Shown here piece after piece: positions 44,308 to 53,716 of a DNA stretch of 62,483 nucleotides. The stretch is from an uncultured bacterium (lineage in GTDB: Bacteria > Nitrospirota > Thermodesulfovibrionia > Thermodesulfovibrionales > CALJEL01). The position numbers and the translations under genes are program-made. The DNA lies in contig CALJEL010000044.1 of assembly GCA_938074335.1 (NCBI GenBank), forward strand, positions 1-62,483. Direction: 5' to 3'. Under the pieces are notes generated by a model. It had not been told where the DNA came from. It was given only the letters and a program-made list of their open reading frames with translations, and searched no databases. Position 1 is the stretch's first letter. Each line of letters opens with the position of its first letter.

Positions 44308-46352
44308 GAACGAATCGTCCCACCTGTCTTTTCTATAAGAAGGTTTATTATATTTTCATGCATTCCTTCTACCTCTTCTTCTGTAAGGGTCCTGTCCTTT
44401 GCCCTGTAGCGAATCCTGAGGCCGATGCTCTTTTGACCTTCAGGTATGTTCCCACCCCTGAAATAGTCAAATATCGTAACTGATTCAATAAGCTCAGATG
44501 GATAGGCGGTAATTAAATCTCTGAGCATCTCGGCTGATATCTCGTTATCCACGATCATGGCTAAATCCCTTTCAATATATGGATAAACTGGGATTGGTTT
44601 AAATACAGGCTCAGGACCTCTGTAGCTTAAGAGTAAATCAAAGTCTATCTCAAGCAGGGCAACAGGTGATTCTGTTTTAAGGTCAAGGGAATCAGCTACC
44701 TTTGGAGAAAGAATCCCGAGGAAACCAATCTTTTTTTGATTTATAAATATATCTGCTGACTGGCCAGGGTGTAGAAAAGGCTCCATAGAGGGTTTTAATT
44801 TAAAACTTATTCTGAATTCTTTGAAAATCCCATCTATTATCTCCCTGAGGAAATAATAGGGATTAATGCTTTCCCTCCATAAGACAGGTCTCGGGCTCTG
44901 CCAGTAGAGGGCTCCAAGGTGAAGCCTTTCATCAGGTAGTTCGTTATCCTTCTTGAAGAATACCCTTGCTATCTCAAAAAGAGAGACCTCCTTTATGCCA
45001 TACCTTATATTGGTCCTGAGGTTATTAATAAGAGAAAGGGTTATACTGGTCCTTAAAAAGGACTCCTCCCGTCTCAAGGGGTTTCTGAGTTCAATAGCCC
45101 TGAATCTCTCGTCTTTTTCATCAATCATGAGTTTCTTAAGATCATCTATGTCCATGAAGCTCAGGTTTATTGCCTCTGAATAACCCTTTGCCCTGAATAT
45201 TGCCTTTATGAACTCTACATCTTTGAATTTTTTGTTTACAGTAATGGACAGTCTCTCCTCTGGCATTATTGAGGGGATCCTGTCATATCCCCTTATCCTT
45301 GCAATCTCCTCTATAAGGTCAATCTCTGTATTTATGTCAGGTCTTCTTGAAAGTGTCTTCACAAAAAAGGACTCACCCTCTCTTCTTATCTCAAAACCAA
45401 GGCTCTGAAGTATATTACTTACCTCCTCAGATGAAACCTCCTCACCTATAATCTTTTTTATCCTTTCTGACCTCAGCCTTATCTCTTGAGGCATGAACTT
45501 AAGGGGATACTCATCAAGGAGCTCCATAAGTTCACCGCCAGCAAGTTCAAGTATAAGCTCCGCTGCCCTGTTTGTGCAGAAAAGAAGTCCTTCAATATCT
45601 GTGCCTCTTTCAAACCTGTAGGAGGCCTCTGTCCTCAAGCCAAGTTTCCTGGAACTTCTTCTTATTGATGATGGAGCAAAGTAAGCAGCCTCAAGTAATA
45701 TGTTCTTTGTCTCAGGTCTTACCTCTGTCTCCTCTCCACCCATTATCCCCGCAACTGCGACAGGTCTTTCTGCATCCCAGATAAGTAATGTATCTTCTGG
45801 AAGGTCTCTTTCAAATCCATCAAGGGTCTTTATCTTCTGGCCTTTACCAGCCGGGGCCACCCTTATGAGATTGCCTCTTAGTGTATCAAGGTCAAAGGCA
45901 TGAAGTGGATGGCCGTAGCCAAGCATTATATAATTAGTTATATCAACAATAATGTTTATAGATCTCAATCCGCACTGTTCAAGTCTCTTCTTCAACCATT
46001 CTGGAGAATCACCCACCTTCACATTTTTTATTATCCTGGCTGTGTATCTTGGGCAGAGCACTGGATCGTCTATGATTATTCTGAATGAAGGATGATGCCC
46101 TGCACTCAAGGGCTTTTTCAATTGAGGCTCACGGAATTCTTTTCCGATGGCAATAGCTACTTCTCTTGATATACCTGCTACTGACAGGCAATCAGGCCTA
46201 TTCGGTGTAATACTTATATCAAAGATGATTTCTCCATCAGCCTCCTCTATAGATTCCACCTCAAGACCGAGCATAGTGAGGCCTGAGGCAATTTCTGAAG
46301 GAGATGCATCAAGGGAGACAAACTCCTTTATCCAGCCAAGAGGTACCTTCAT
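44304..46352 (-). CDS. pheT: Phenylalanine--tRNA ligase beta subunit (short form lacking the B2 OB-fold domain)
   Basis: MKVPLGWIKEFV...ITPNRPDCLSVAGISREVA; the B3/B4, B5 (RPDI) and FDX-ACB C-terminal regions are recognisable. 682 aa. Confidence 0.93.
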   Translation of the reverse strand: MKVPLGWIKEFVSLDASPSEIASGLTMLGLEVESIEEADGEIIFDISITPNRPDCLSVAGISREVAIAIGKEFREPQLKKPLSAGHHPSFRIIIDDPVLCPRYTARIIKNVKVGDSPEWLKKRLEQCGLRSINIIVDITNYIMLGYGHPLHAFDLDTLRGNLIRVAPAGKGQKIKTLDGFERDLPEDTLLIWDAERPVAVAGIMGGEETEVRPETKNILLEAAYFAPSSIRRSSRKLGLRTEASYRFERGTDIEGLLFCTNRAAELILELAGGELMELLDEYPLKFMPQEIRLRSERIKKIIGEEVSSEEVSNILQSLGFEIRREGESFFVKTLSRRPDINTEIDLIEEIARIRGYDRIPSIMPEERLSITVNKKFKDVEFIKAIFRAKGYSEAINLSFMDIDDLKKLMIDEKDERFRAIELRNPLRREESFLRTSITLSLINNLRTNIRYGIKEVSLFEIARVFFKKDNELPDERLHLGALYWQSPRPVLWRESINPYYFLREIIDGIFKEFRISFKLKPSMEPFLHPGQSADIFINQKKIGFLGILSPKVADSLDLKTESPVALLEIDFDLLLSYRGPEPVFKPIPVYPYIERDLAMIVDNEISAEMLRDLITAYPSELIESVTIFDYFRGGNIPEGQKSIGLRIRYRAKDRTLTEEEVEGMHENIINLLIEKTGGTIRS

Positions 46353-47365
46353 CAGAACTGTCCTAAAAACATGAGGTTGTTTTCATAGAAAAGCCTTATA
46401 TCATCTATCCTGTAACGAAGCATGGCTATCCTTTCCACACCAAGACCAAAGGCAAATCCTGTATATCTCTCTATATCATAGCCCACAGCCTTAAAGACCT
46501 CTGGATGGACCATCCCTGCTCCAAGGATCTCAAGCCAGCCAGAGTTCTTGCATACCCTGCAGCCCCTCTGACCACATAAAAGACATCCAATATCAACCTC
46601 TGCAGATGGTTCTGTGAAAGGGAAATAACTGGGCCTGAACCTTACAGGTGTGTCAGGACCAAAGAGCTCTCTCAGGAACGCCTCGAGAACTGCCTTTAGA
46701 TTTGCCATTGAGATATCCTCTCCTACCATAAGACCTTCAACCTGATGAAACACGGGGCTGTGGGTAACATCGGCATCACAACGATAAACCTTTCCAGGGG
46801 CTATCATCCTCAGGGGTGGTTTTCTCTTTTCCATTACCCTGATCTGTACAGGAGATGTATGGGTTCGTAAGAGTATATCATCTGTAATATAAAAGGTGTC
46901 CTGCATATCTCGTGCAGGATGATCCCTGGGTATATTGAGTGCCTCAAAATTGTAAAAGTCAAGTTCAACCTCTGGACCCTCTTCAACAGAAAAGCCCATG
47001 GAGGAAAAGATATTTATAATCTCCTTAAGGGTCTTTGTAAGAGGATGTTCAGTGCCAAATCTCTGGAGTCTTCCAGGAATGGTGATATCTATCTTTTCTG
47101 AAGTGAGTTTTCTGAGATATTCTATCTCTATGAGCTCTTTTTCCTTCTCGATAAGCCTTCTTTCAATATACTCCTTGAGCTCATTCAAAATCCTGCCCCT
47201 GAGAGGCCTTTCTTCCTTTGGAAGGGATTGAAGGGCCTTTATTGCCTCAGCAATGAAACCTTTTTTACCAATATAATGGGCCTTCAATACTGAAAGGCCC
47301 TCTCTTTGAGAAAGGGCCTTCAATTCCTGGTCAAACTTTTCCTTAATTACTTCTGGATTTTCCAT
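46352..47365 (-). CDS. pheS: Phenylalanine--tRNA ligase alpha subunit
   Basis: HPLTKT, PRDHPARDMQDTFY, LLRTHTSPVQIR, FRPSYFPFTEPS and GFAFGLGVERIAM are the class II motifs. Confidence 0.96.
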   Translation of the reverse strand: MENPEVIKEKFDQELKALSQREGLSVLKAHYIGKKGFIAEAIKALQSLPKEERPLRGRILNELKEYIERRLIEKEKELIEIEYLRKLTSEKIDITIPGRLQRFGTEHPLTKTLKEIINIFSSMGFSVEEGPEVELDFYNFEALNIPRDHPARDMQDTFYITDDILLRTHTSPVQIRVMEKRKPPLRMIAPGKVYRCDADVTHSPVFHQVEGLMVGEDISMANLKAVLEAFLRELFGPDTPVRFRPSYFPFTEPSAEVDIGCLLCGQRGCRVCKNSGWLEILGAGMVHPEVFKAVGYDIERYTGFAFGLGVERIAMLRYRIDDIRLFYENNLMFLGQF

Positions 47366-47385
47366 GGATTAATTAGAGGGTCTTA

Positions 47386-47745
47386 TCAGGCGCTCAGGGC
47401 AGATTTTGCTGTATCAACTATTTTTTCAAAGGCCTTGGGGTCATTAAGGGCCATGTCTGCAAGGACCTTTCTGTTAAGCTCGATCCTTGCCTTCTTGAGT
47501 CCTTCCATGAGCCTGCCATAGGTTATTCCAAGTGCCCTTGCTGCTGCATTTATCCTCACTATCCAGAGGCTGCGCATCTCACGCTTCTTTGCCCTCCTAT
47601 CACGATAGGCATACTGAAGGGCCTTCTCCACAGCACCTGCTGCTACCTTATAGGAACGACTCCTTGCACCATAATAACCTTTAGCAAGTTCAAGAATCTT
47701 TTTATGCCTTATTCTTGTCTTAAAACCACCTTTTGCCCTTGGCAT
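47386..47745 (-). CDS. rplT: 50S ribosomal protein L20
   Basis: [30 protein letters not shown]...[25 protein letters not shown]. Confidence 0.97.
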   Translation of the reverse strand: MPRAKGGFKTRIRHKKILELAKGYYGARSRSYKVAAGAVEKALQYAYRDRRAKKREMRSLWIVRINAAARALGITYGRLMEGLKKARIELNRKVLADMALNDPKAFEKIVDTAKSALSA

Positions 47746-47757
47746 CTTTTCTCCTCC

Positions 47758-47958
47758 TTAAAATGAATAAGGTAAAAGTCTCTTCAGATTTTTGTAGTCA
47801 CTATCTGAAACAATAGCAGACTCCCTCAGCCTTCTTGTCCTTTTTGAAGGCTTACCTGTTAGGAGGTGGCTTTTATTTGCCTTCCTCCTCATTATCTTCC
47901 CAGTTCCTGTGACCTTAAATCTCTTTTTTGCACCACTATGGGTCTTAAGTTTTGGCAT
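47758..47958 (-). CDS. rpmI: 50S ribosomal protein L35
   Basis: [36 protein letters not shown]. Confidence 0.96.
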   Translation of the reverse strand: MPKLKTHSGAKKRFKVTGTGKIMRRKANKSHLLTGKPSKRTRRLRESAIVSDSDYKNLKRLLPYSF

Positions 47959-47970
47959 CCCTTGCCTCCT

Positions 47971-48492
47971 TCATGTTCGTTTTTTCTTTTTTATTTGTTT
48001 AATCTCAGTGCTATCCCTGTGAGAAATAATCTCTGCCTTTATTCCAGAAACCTCTTTTTTAAGATCAAACATCTCAATCTCTACCTTATTTAGCCTCTCT
48101 TTAATTTCACAAATATCTTTTTCAACTTTATATACTTTCCCTTTAACCTCTGAAACCTCTTTCTCTACTTCGCCTAAACCCGCCCCGAGTTTATCTTCCG
48201 TCTCTTTTAATCCAGCCCTGAATTCTGCCCCGAGTTTATCTTCCGTCTCTTTTAATCCAGCCCTGAGTTCTACCCTGAGTTTATCTTCCGTCTCCTTTAA
48301 TCCAGCCCTGAACTCTGCCCTGAGTTCTTTTTTCGTCTCTTCATTTGTGGTCTTAATCAGCCTTTTTATATCTTCCTGAGCATCTATTACAAAATTCAGT
48401 TTATGCTGAAAATCCTCAGCAAGGATACCGAGATACCTTTTCAGTTCTTCTTTAAATTCCTCAGCATCTGCCTTTGTAAAATAATCACTCAT
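47971..48492 (-). CDS. Coiled-coil repeat protein inserted between infC and rpmI
   Basis: 173 aa starting at ATG, 1 nt after the infC stop and ending 12 nt before the rpmI start. It contains 15-aa tandem repeats (A/V)E(F/L)RAGLKETEDKL(G/R) and a KKKKRT tail. Confidence 0.65.
   Translation of the reverse strand: MSDYFTKADAEEFKEELKRYLGILAEDFQHKLNFVIDAQEDIKRLIKTTNEETKKELRAEFRAGLKETEDKLRVELRAGLKETEDKLGAEFRAGLKETEDKLGAGLGEVEKEVSEVKGKVYKVEKDICEIKERLNKVEIEMFDLKKEVSGIKAEIISHRDSTEIKQIKKKKRT
48183..48343. repeat. 45-bp tandem repeat (~3.5 units) inside the coiled-coil ORF
   Basis: Units at 48183-48227, 48228-48272 and 48273-48317, plus a partial fourth. Only a few substitutions separate the units, and the period is in frame (15 codons). 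Confidence 0.9.
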
Positions 48493-48493
48493 C

Positions 48494-49000
48494 CTACTTC
48501 CCAGGGGCTATAACCATTGTTATATTACTGCCTTCAATGGTTGGTTTCTTCTCAATAGCAAATTTACCCTCTATCATCTCAATAAGTCTCTCAAAAACCT
48601 TCATCCCGAGGTCAGGTCTGGTTGCCTCTCTTCCTCTGAGCATCATGGTAATCTTTGCCTTGTTGCCATCATCAAGGAATCTCCTTATATTCTTGGCTTT
48701 TAACTGAAGGTCATGGTCATCTATCCTTGGTCTCAGCTTTATCTCTTTAACATCAGCTGTCTTTTTCTGGTGAGACTTCTTCTGCATCTGGTACCTGTAT
48801 TTTCCGTAATCCATAATCCTGCAGACAGGGGGATTGGCATTTGGAGCAACTTCCACAAGGTCAAGGCCCCTTTCCCTTGCAAGGGCGAGCGCCTCCTTTA
48901 TCGGAACAACTCCCACCTGACTGCCATCCACATCAATAAGCCTCACCTCGCTTCTTCTTATTGCCTCATTTACTCTGACTTCCTTTTCTATGAATGTCAC
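48494..49000 (-). CDS. infC: Translation initiation factor IF-3
   Basis: [63 protein letters not shown]. The start codon is GTG and overlaps the thrS TGA stop (GTGA). Confidence 0.95.
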   Translation of the reverse strand: MTFIEKEVRVNEAIRRSEVRLIDVDGSQVGVVPIKEALALARERGLDLVEVAPNANPPVCRIMDYGKYRYQMQKKSHQKKTADVKEIKLRPRIDDHDLQLKAKNIRRFLDDGNKAKITMMLRGREATRPDLGMKVFERLIEMIEGKFAIEKKPTIEGSNITMVIAPGK

Positions 49001-50766
49001 CTCCTTGATTTAATTTCCTCTTTGAGGAATGCCAGAAAGGCATCTGCCTCAAAGGGTCCGATGTTTTCTCCATTTCTCTTCCTAACAGTATAACTATTTT
49101 CAGAAATCTCTTTATCACCTATTATAACCATATAGGGCACTTTCTTTAAAGTCATCTCCCTGATTTTATAGCCTATTTTTTCATTCTCAAGCCTCAATTC
49201 AGAACGAATCCCGTTCTCTTTAAGGAACCTGTGAAATTTTGCTGCAGCCTCATTATGCCTTTCACTTATGGGAAGCACAGCCACCTGTACTGGTGCAAGC
49301 CACAGGGGAAAGGCACCTGCATAATGCTCAATAAGTATACCAAAAAATCTCTCAAGAGAACCCATTAATGCCCTGTGAATCATTATCGGTCTGTGATCCC
49401 TTCCATCACTACCGCGATAGGTGAGAGCAAATCTTTCAGGGTTATTGAAATCAACCTGTATGGTGCTGCATTGCCAGGGCCTTCCAAGACAATCCTTTAC
49501 CTTTATATCTATCTTCGGGCCATAAAATACACCTTCACCAGGGTCTATGGAATACTGCAAACCCTTTATCTCAAGTGCCCTTTTAAGGGCATTGGTTGAG
49601 CGCTCCCAGTTATCGGGTGATCCAACATACTTTTCAGGTCTTGTGGAAAGATATATATCATATTCATTGAAACCGAAGGTTTTCAAGATATAAAGTGTGA
49701 AATCAAGGACATGGAGAACCTCTTCCTCTATCTGGTCCTCTCTGCAAAATATATGGGCATCATCCTGGGTGAATCCCCTCACCCTCAGGAGTCCATGAAG
49801 TACACCTGATCTCTCATATCTATAGACTGTGCCAAGTTCTGCAAACCTGATTGGCAATTCCCTGTAACTCCGGAGCTGACTTTTATAAATGCTTATATGG
49901 AAGGGACAGTTCATTGGTTTCAGCTCATAAAGTACTCCCTCTATCTCCATGGGAGAATACATATTTTCTCTGTAATAATCAAGATGACCACTCCTTTTCC
50001 ATAAGTCAAGCCTTGCTATGTGAGGTGTATAGAGGAGTTTATAATCAGCCTTGAGATGTTCATCTCTCCAGAAGTCCTCTATAATTTTTCTTACAATAGC
50101 CCCATTGGGATGCCACAGTATCAGTCCTGAACCTATATCATCATTTATACTGAAAAGATCAAGCTCTTTACCGAGTTTTCTGTGGTCTCTTTTTTTAACC
50201 TCTTCAAGGAAGGTAAGGTATTCCTTTAATTGACTTTCCTCAAAAAAGGCTGTACCATAAATCCTCTGAAGCATCTTGTTTCTCTCATCACCCTTCCAGT
50301 AGGCACCTGCGATACTCAACAGTTTGAAATATTTTATCTTTCCAGCCTTTGGCACATGAGGTCCTCTACAGAGATCAATAAAATCTCCTTCCTCATAAAC
50401 CGTTACCTCTTCATCGGGAATTTCATTAATGAGTTCAATCTTATAAGGTTCATTGAGTCTTTTAAAAAGTTCAAGGGCCTCCTGCTTACTGAGTACCTTC
50501 TTGACAAAAGGTCTGTCCTCTTTGATTATCTTTCTCATCTCATCTTCTATTCTTTTTAGGTCCTCTGGGGCAAGAGGTCTTTCTATATCAAAGTCATAAT
50601 AAAATCCATTCTCTATGGCAGGACCTATGGCAAGTTTTGCTTCGGGGAATAATCTTTTTACAGCATGGGCCATTATATGGGCAGTGCTATGACGGTAAGT
50701 CTCAAGGGATAATTCCTCTGAGAGCTCTGCTTTCTTTCTTGACTGCTCCGGATTATTTATTGACAT
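48997..50766 (-). CDS. thrS: Threonine--tRNA ligase (lacks the N-terminal TGS domain)
   Basis: [34 protein letters not shown] (editing domain), [55 protein letters not shown]. Confidence 0.96.
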   Translation of the reverse strand: MSINNPEQSRKKAELSEELSLETYRHSTAHIMAHAVKRLFPEAKLAIGPAIENGFYYDFDIERPLAPEDLKRIEDEMRKIIKEDRPFVKKVLSKQEALELFKRLNEPYKIELINEIPDEEVTVYEEGDFIDLCRGPHVPKAGKIKYFKLLSIAGAYWKGDERNKMLQRIYGTAFFEESQLKEYLTFLEEVKKRDHRKLGKELDLFSINDDIGSGLILWHPNGAIVRKIIEDFWRDEHLKADYKLLYTPHIARLDLWKRSGHLDYYRENMYSPMEIEGVLYELKPMNCPFHISIYKSQLRSYRELPIRFAELGTVYRYERSGVLHGLLRVRGFTQDDAHIFCREDQIEEEVLHVLDFTLYILKTFGFNEYDIYLSTRPEKYVGSPDNWERSTNALKRALEIKGLQYSIDPGEGVFYGPKIDIKVKDCLGRPWQCSTIQVDFNNPERFALTYRGSDGRDHRPIMIHRALMGSLERFFGILIEHYAGAFPLWLAPVQVAVLPISERHNEAAAKFHRFLKENGIRSELRLENEKIGYKIREMTLKKVPYMVIIGDKEISENSYTVRKRNGENIGPFEADAFLAFLKEEIKSRR

Positions 50767-50791
50767 ATTTCATCCCGTTTATTAGATACCC

Positions 50792-51322
50792 TTAGTTTTT
50801 AAATTCAGTCCTTATTGCCCCCAGAAGTCTCTGTATTGCTCTATCAAGGGCTTCATCAATAATCTTCATTTCATCATCACTGAATCTCTCAAGAACATAT
50901 TCCTGAGGAGGAATCTCTTTTGACCTGCCAATTCCAATCTTCATCCTTATAAAGCCATCACCAATTGCATCAATAATGGACTGAACACCTCTGTGACCAC
51001 CTGATGAACCCCTTTTCCGAATCCTTATCTTACCCAGTTCCATATCAAGGTCATCATGAATCACTACAACATTCTCTGGAGGTATACCCATCTTCATGCA
51101 CAGGGCTCCGATCGCCTCTCCACTCCTGTTCATGTATGTCAGTGGTTTCATAAGTATAATCTCCATTCCATCAATAAATACTTTATTCATCATGTAATTC
51201 CCGAAATCCTTAAGCCGCACATTCCAGAGTCTGCAGAGTCTATCAATGAACATAAAGCCGATGTTATGCCTTGTGAATTCGTACCTTTTCCCGGGATTTC
51301 CAAGGCCAGCAAAGAGCCACAA
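50792..51322 (-). CDS. pth: Peptidyl-tRNA hydrolase
   Basis: LFAGLGNPGKRYEFTRHNIGF...MNRSGEA...VIHDDLDMELGKIRIRKRGSSGGHRG. Confidence 0.95.
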   Translation of the reverse strand: MWLFAGLGNPGKRYEFTRHNIGFMFIDRLCRLWNVRLKDFGNYMMNKVFIDGMEIILMKPLTYMNRSGEAIGALCMKMGIPPENVVVIHDDLDMELGKIRIRKRGSSGGHRGVQSIIDAIGDGFIRMKIGIGRSKEIPPQEYVLERFSDDEMKIIDEALDRAIQRLLGAIRTEFKN

Positions 51323-51973
51323 TTACTTCTTACCCTCTTCAGTCTCTTCCTTCTTACCCTTCTTTATAACCTCAGGCTCTGTTATCTCTGGGGCAGGTGC
51401 TGCTGGAGCAACCTCTTCAACAACAGGTGCTGTAACAGTGGCTATCACCTCTTCTCTGTCTGTGAGTATCTTTATTCCCTCTCCAAGCTTGAGGTCTGAG
51501 ACATGAATGGATTGACCGACTGCAAGGTCTGATACATCTACCTCAATGTGTCCTGGTATCTTATCAGGAAGTGCCTCTATCTCCAGCTCCCTGAGGGCAT
51601 GCTGAAGGATTCCGCCCTGTTCCTTCACACCCTTCGGAATACCTTTTGTAATAACCTTTACTGTAACCCTTACAGTCTCTGTTAAGAGAACCTCCTGAAA
51701 ATCTGTATGCAGAAGCTCTCCTGTTACAGGATCAAGTTGATAGTCTTTTATAACAGCAAGTCTGTTACCTTCAGGGAATTGAAGATTTACAAGGATATTC
51801 TCACCTTTTGTTTTCTTCAGGAGCTTTACGAATTCTGCCTGTGGAATCTTTATAGATTCAGACTTTCCAGCCCTGTATAAGACAGCAGGCAATTCACCGT
51901 TCCTCCTGAGGGAACGAGCAACTCCCTTGCCAGTGGCCTCCCTTTTGTATGCAGTTATAGAAACCCTTTCCAT
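51323..51973 (-). CDS. rplY: 50S ribosomal protein L25 / general stress protein Ctc (long form)
   Basis: GKGVARSLRRNGELPAVLYRAG...HTDFQEV... plus an acidic/Lys-rich C-terminal tail. It abuts pth (0-nt gap). Confidence 0.92.
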   Translation of the reverse strand: MERVSITAYKREATGKGVARSLRRNGELPAVLYRAGKSESIKIPQAEFVKLLKKTKGENILVNLQFPEGNRLAVIKDYQLDPVTGELLHTDFQEVLLTETVRVTVKVITKGIPKGVKEQGGILQHALRELEIEALPDKIPGHIEVDVSDLAVGQSIHVSDLKLGEGIKILTDREEVIATVTAPVVEEVAPAAPAPEITEPEVIKKGKKEETEEGKK

Positions 51974-52023
51974 TATTTCCTCCTCAAAATCTTTATTACT
52001 TTTTTATAAGTGCTGAAGCACCT

Positions 52024-52968
52024 TTATACAAATAGTGAACTTATTGATGTCTCTTCATGAATTCTCTTTATTGCCTCTGCAAGCAATAAGCCAATACTCA
52101 GGACCTTTAACTTCCTGCAGGCCTCCTGTTTACTATCAAGAGGGATAGTATTTGTTACTATCACCTCCTTGATAGGAGAATTATTCAATCTCTCAATGGC
52201 AGGGCCTGAAAGCACCGCATGTGTGCAGGCTGCATTTACTGATCTCGCACCATGCTCTATAAGGGCCTGAGCAGCCAGTGTGGTTGTGCCTCCTGTATCA
52301 ATTATATCATCAAGGATCAGGGTATCCTTACCTTTTACATCACCGATAACATGCATAACCTGTGCTACATTTGCCCTTTCTCTTCTTTTATCTATAATCG
52401 CAAGTGATGAACCAAGCTTTCTGGCAAATGTCCTTGCCCTTTCCACTCCACCTGCATCGGGTGACACTATGACAAGCCTTTCACTGTCATAATGTGACCT
52501 TATATAATCAAGCAGTACAGGCATTGCATAAAGATGATCAACAGGTATATCAAAAAAACCCTGTATCTGGCCAGCGTGAAGGTCCATGGTAAGTACCCTG
52601 TTTGCACCTGCAACTGTTATGAGGTCAGCAACAAGCCTTGAAGATATAGGAACCCTCGGCTGGACCTTTCTATCCTGTCTTGCATATCCATAATAAGGAA
52701 TAACTGCAGTAACCCTCCTTGCAGAGGCCCTTCTCAGGGCATCAATTATTAAAAGAAGTTCCATAATATTATGGTTAACCGGTGCACAGGTTGGTTGAAT
52801 AACAAAGACATCTGTACCCCGAACATTCTCATTAATCTGAACCATTATCTCACCATCACTGAAGGTTGTTACAGTAGCATCGCAAAGAGGCATCCCCAGA
52901 TAAGAAGCAACCTCTTCTGCAAGTTTTCTGTGGGCATTACCTGTTATTATCTTTATTCCTTCTGGCAT
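52024..52968 (-). CDS. prs: Ribose-phosphate pyrophosphokinase
   Basis: The start is taken at [21 protein letters not shown] (52968). The longer listed ORF (to 53076) runs through the tRNA gene. Motifs: [29 protein letters not shown]. Confidence 0.93.
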   Translation of the reverse strand: MPEGIKIITGNAHRKLAEEVASYLGMPLCDATVTTFSDGEIMVQINENVRGTDVFVIQPTCAPVNHNIMELLLIIDALRRASARRVTAVIPYYGYARQDRKVQPRVPISSRLVADLITVAGANRVLTMDLHAGQIQGFFDIPVDHLYAMPVLLDYIRSHYDSERLVIVSPDAGGVERARTFARKLGSSLAIIDKRRERANVAQVMHVIGDVKGKDTLILDDIIDTGGTTTLAAQALIEHGARSVNAACTHAVLSGPAIERLNNSPIKEVIVTNTIPLDSKQEACRKLKVLSIGLLLAEAIKRIHEETSISSLFV

Positions 52969-53002
52969 AATTCCTTTCCTTAACTTTATGTCTTTTTTAT
53001 AA

Positions 53003-53075
53003 CTGGGGCGGGAGGATTCGAACCTCCAGATGGGAGATCCAAAGTCTCCTGGCTTGCCCGTTTGCCTACGCCCCA
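53003..53075 (-). tRNA. tRNA-Gln (anticodon UUG)
   Basis: The reverse complement folds as: TGGGGCG / TA / GGC-AAACGGGCAA-GCC / A / GGAGA-CTTTGGA-TCTCC / CATCT / GGAGG-TTCGAAT-CCTCC / CGCCCCA / G. It has a U1-A72 pair and a TTG anticodon. CCA is not encoded. Confidence 0.9.
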
Positions 53076-53143
53076 TTCAGGCTGGCCAAATTTGCAAATA
53101 ATTATAACATAAAGATAAAAATCCTAACAACAAAAAGGCAGAT

Positions 53144-53366
53144 CCCTATTTTGCCGATAGAAAACTGGCAGGCTACCTCAAAGTCTTTACAATGCGACAA
53201 TTTTTATTTATCATGTAACAAGAGGTCTTTACCCACAAGGTGAAGTCAGGTATGTATAGTAAGCTTATTAGATATTTTACATTAAGGTGTCGCAGGTAAA
53301 GCCTTTTCGGCAGCCTGCCAGTTTTGTTGAAAGGATTATTTATAAATTTCTATCAGCACTTTTCGG
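53144..53366. repeat. Composite repeat element, copy R9 (inverted twin of 9084-9305)
   Basis: CCCTATTTTGCCGATAGAAAACTGGCAGGCTACCTCAAAGTCTT ... TTAAGGTGTCGCAGG ... GGCAGCCTGCCAGTTTTGTTGAAAGG ... AAATTTCTATCAGC. It is the reverse complement of R2 apart from a few mismatches. Confidence 0.9.
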
Positions 53367-53424
53367 CAGATTACCATTATGGCAAACTGCCTTCAATAAA
53401 TACAGACTTTATTCAGATTATTAA

Positions 53425-53643
53425 TTATTGCTTCGGGGGTATTTCTACAAAGCTTCCACCAAAGTAGGTATATATAAGTTTTCCCTCATCTATCAATTCT
53501 TTAAGGGCAGCCTTTACATCCTGTCTCGTTACCCCTGCCTCCTCAGAAATCTTCTTCTCTATATCTGACTGTTTGAGCTTCTTCTTCCCCATAGACTGTT
53601 CTACAAGGCTGTAGATCTTTTGCTTTAATTCTTCCTTATCCAT
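53425..53643 (-). CDS. dsrD: Dissimilatory sulfite reductase-associated protein DsrD (winged-helix)
   Basis: 72 aa, directly downstream of dsrB. The K-rich helix-turn-helix-like sequence (VTRQDVKAALKELIDEGKLIYTYFGGS) fits DsrD in size, position and pattern. Confidence 0.75.
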   Translation of the reverse strand: MDKEELKQKIYSLVEQSMGKKKLKQSDIEKKISEEAGVTRQDVKAALKELIDEGKLIYTYFGGSFVEIPPKQ

Positions 53644-53672
53644 CCTGTTCCTCCTTCATTATTAGAATGTTA

Positions 53673-53716
53673 GTTAAGGTCAAGGTCAAGAACGTGTTCT
53701 CAACCTTAACCTTAAC
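53673..53716 (-). promoter_or_regulatory. Long imperfect hairpin in the dsrB-dsrD spacer
   Basis: GTTAAGGTCAAGGTCAAGAAC-G-TGTTCTCAACCTTAACCTTAAC, built from AAGGTY repeats. The arms are complementary except for two Y (T/C) differences. It lies between the dsrB stop (53727) and the dsrD start (53643). Confidence 0.5.

Noticed and set aside
52969-53076. N-terminal 36-aa extension of prs in the ORF track ([26 protein letters not shown]...)
   Set aside because: The extension is the translation of the tRNA-Gln gene on the same strand. The conserved PRPP synthetase N-terminus begins at MPEGIKII (52968).
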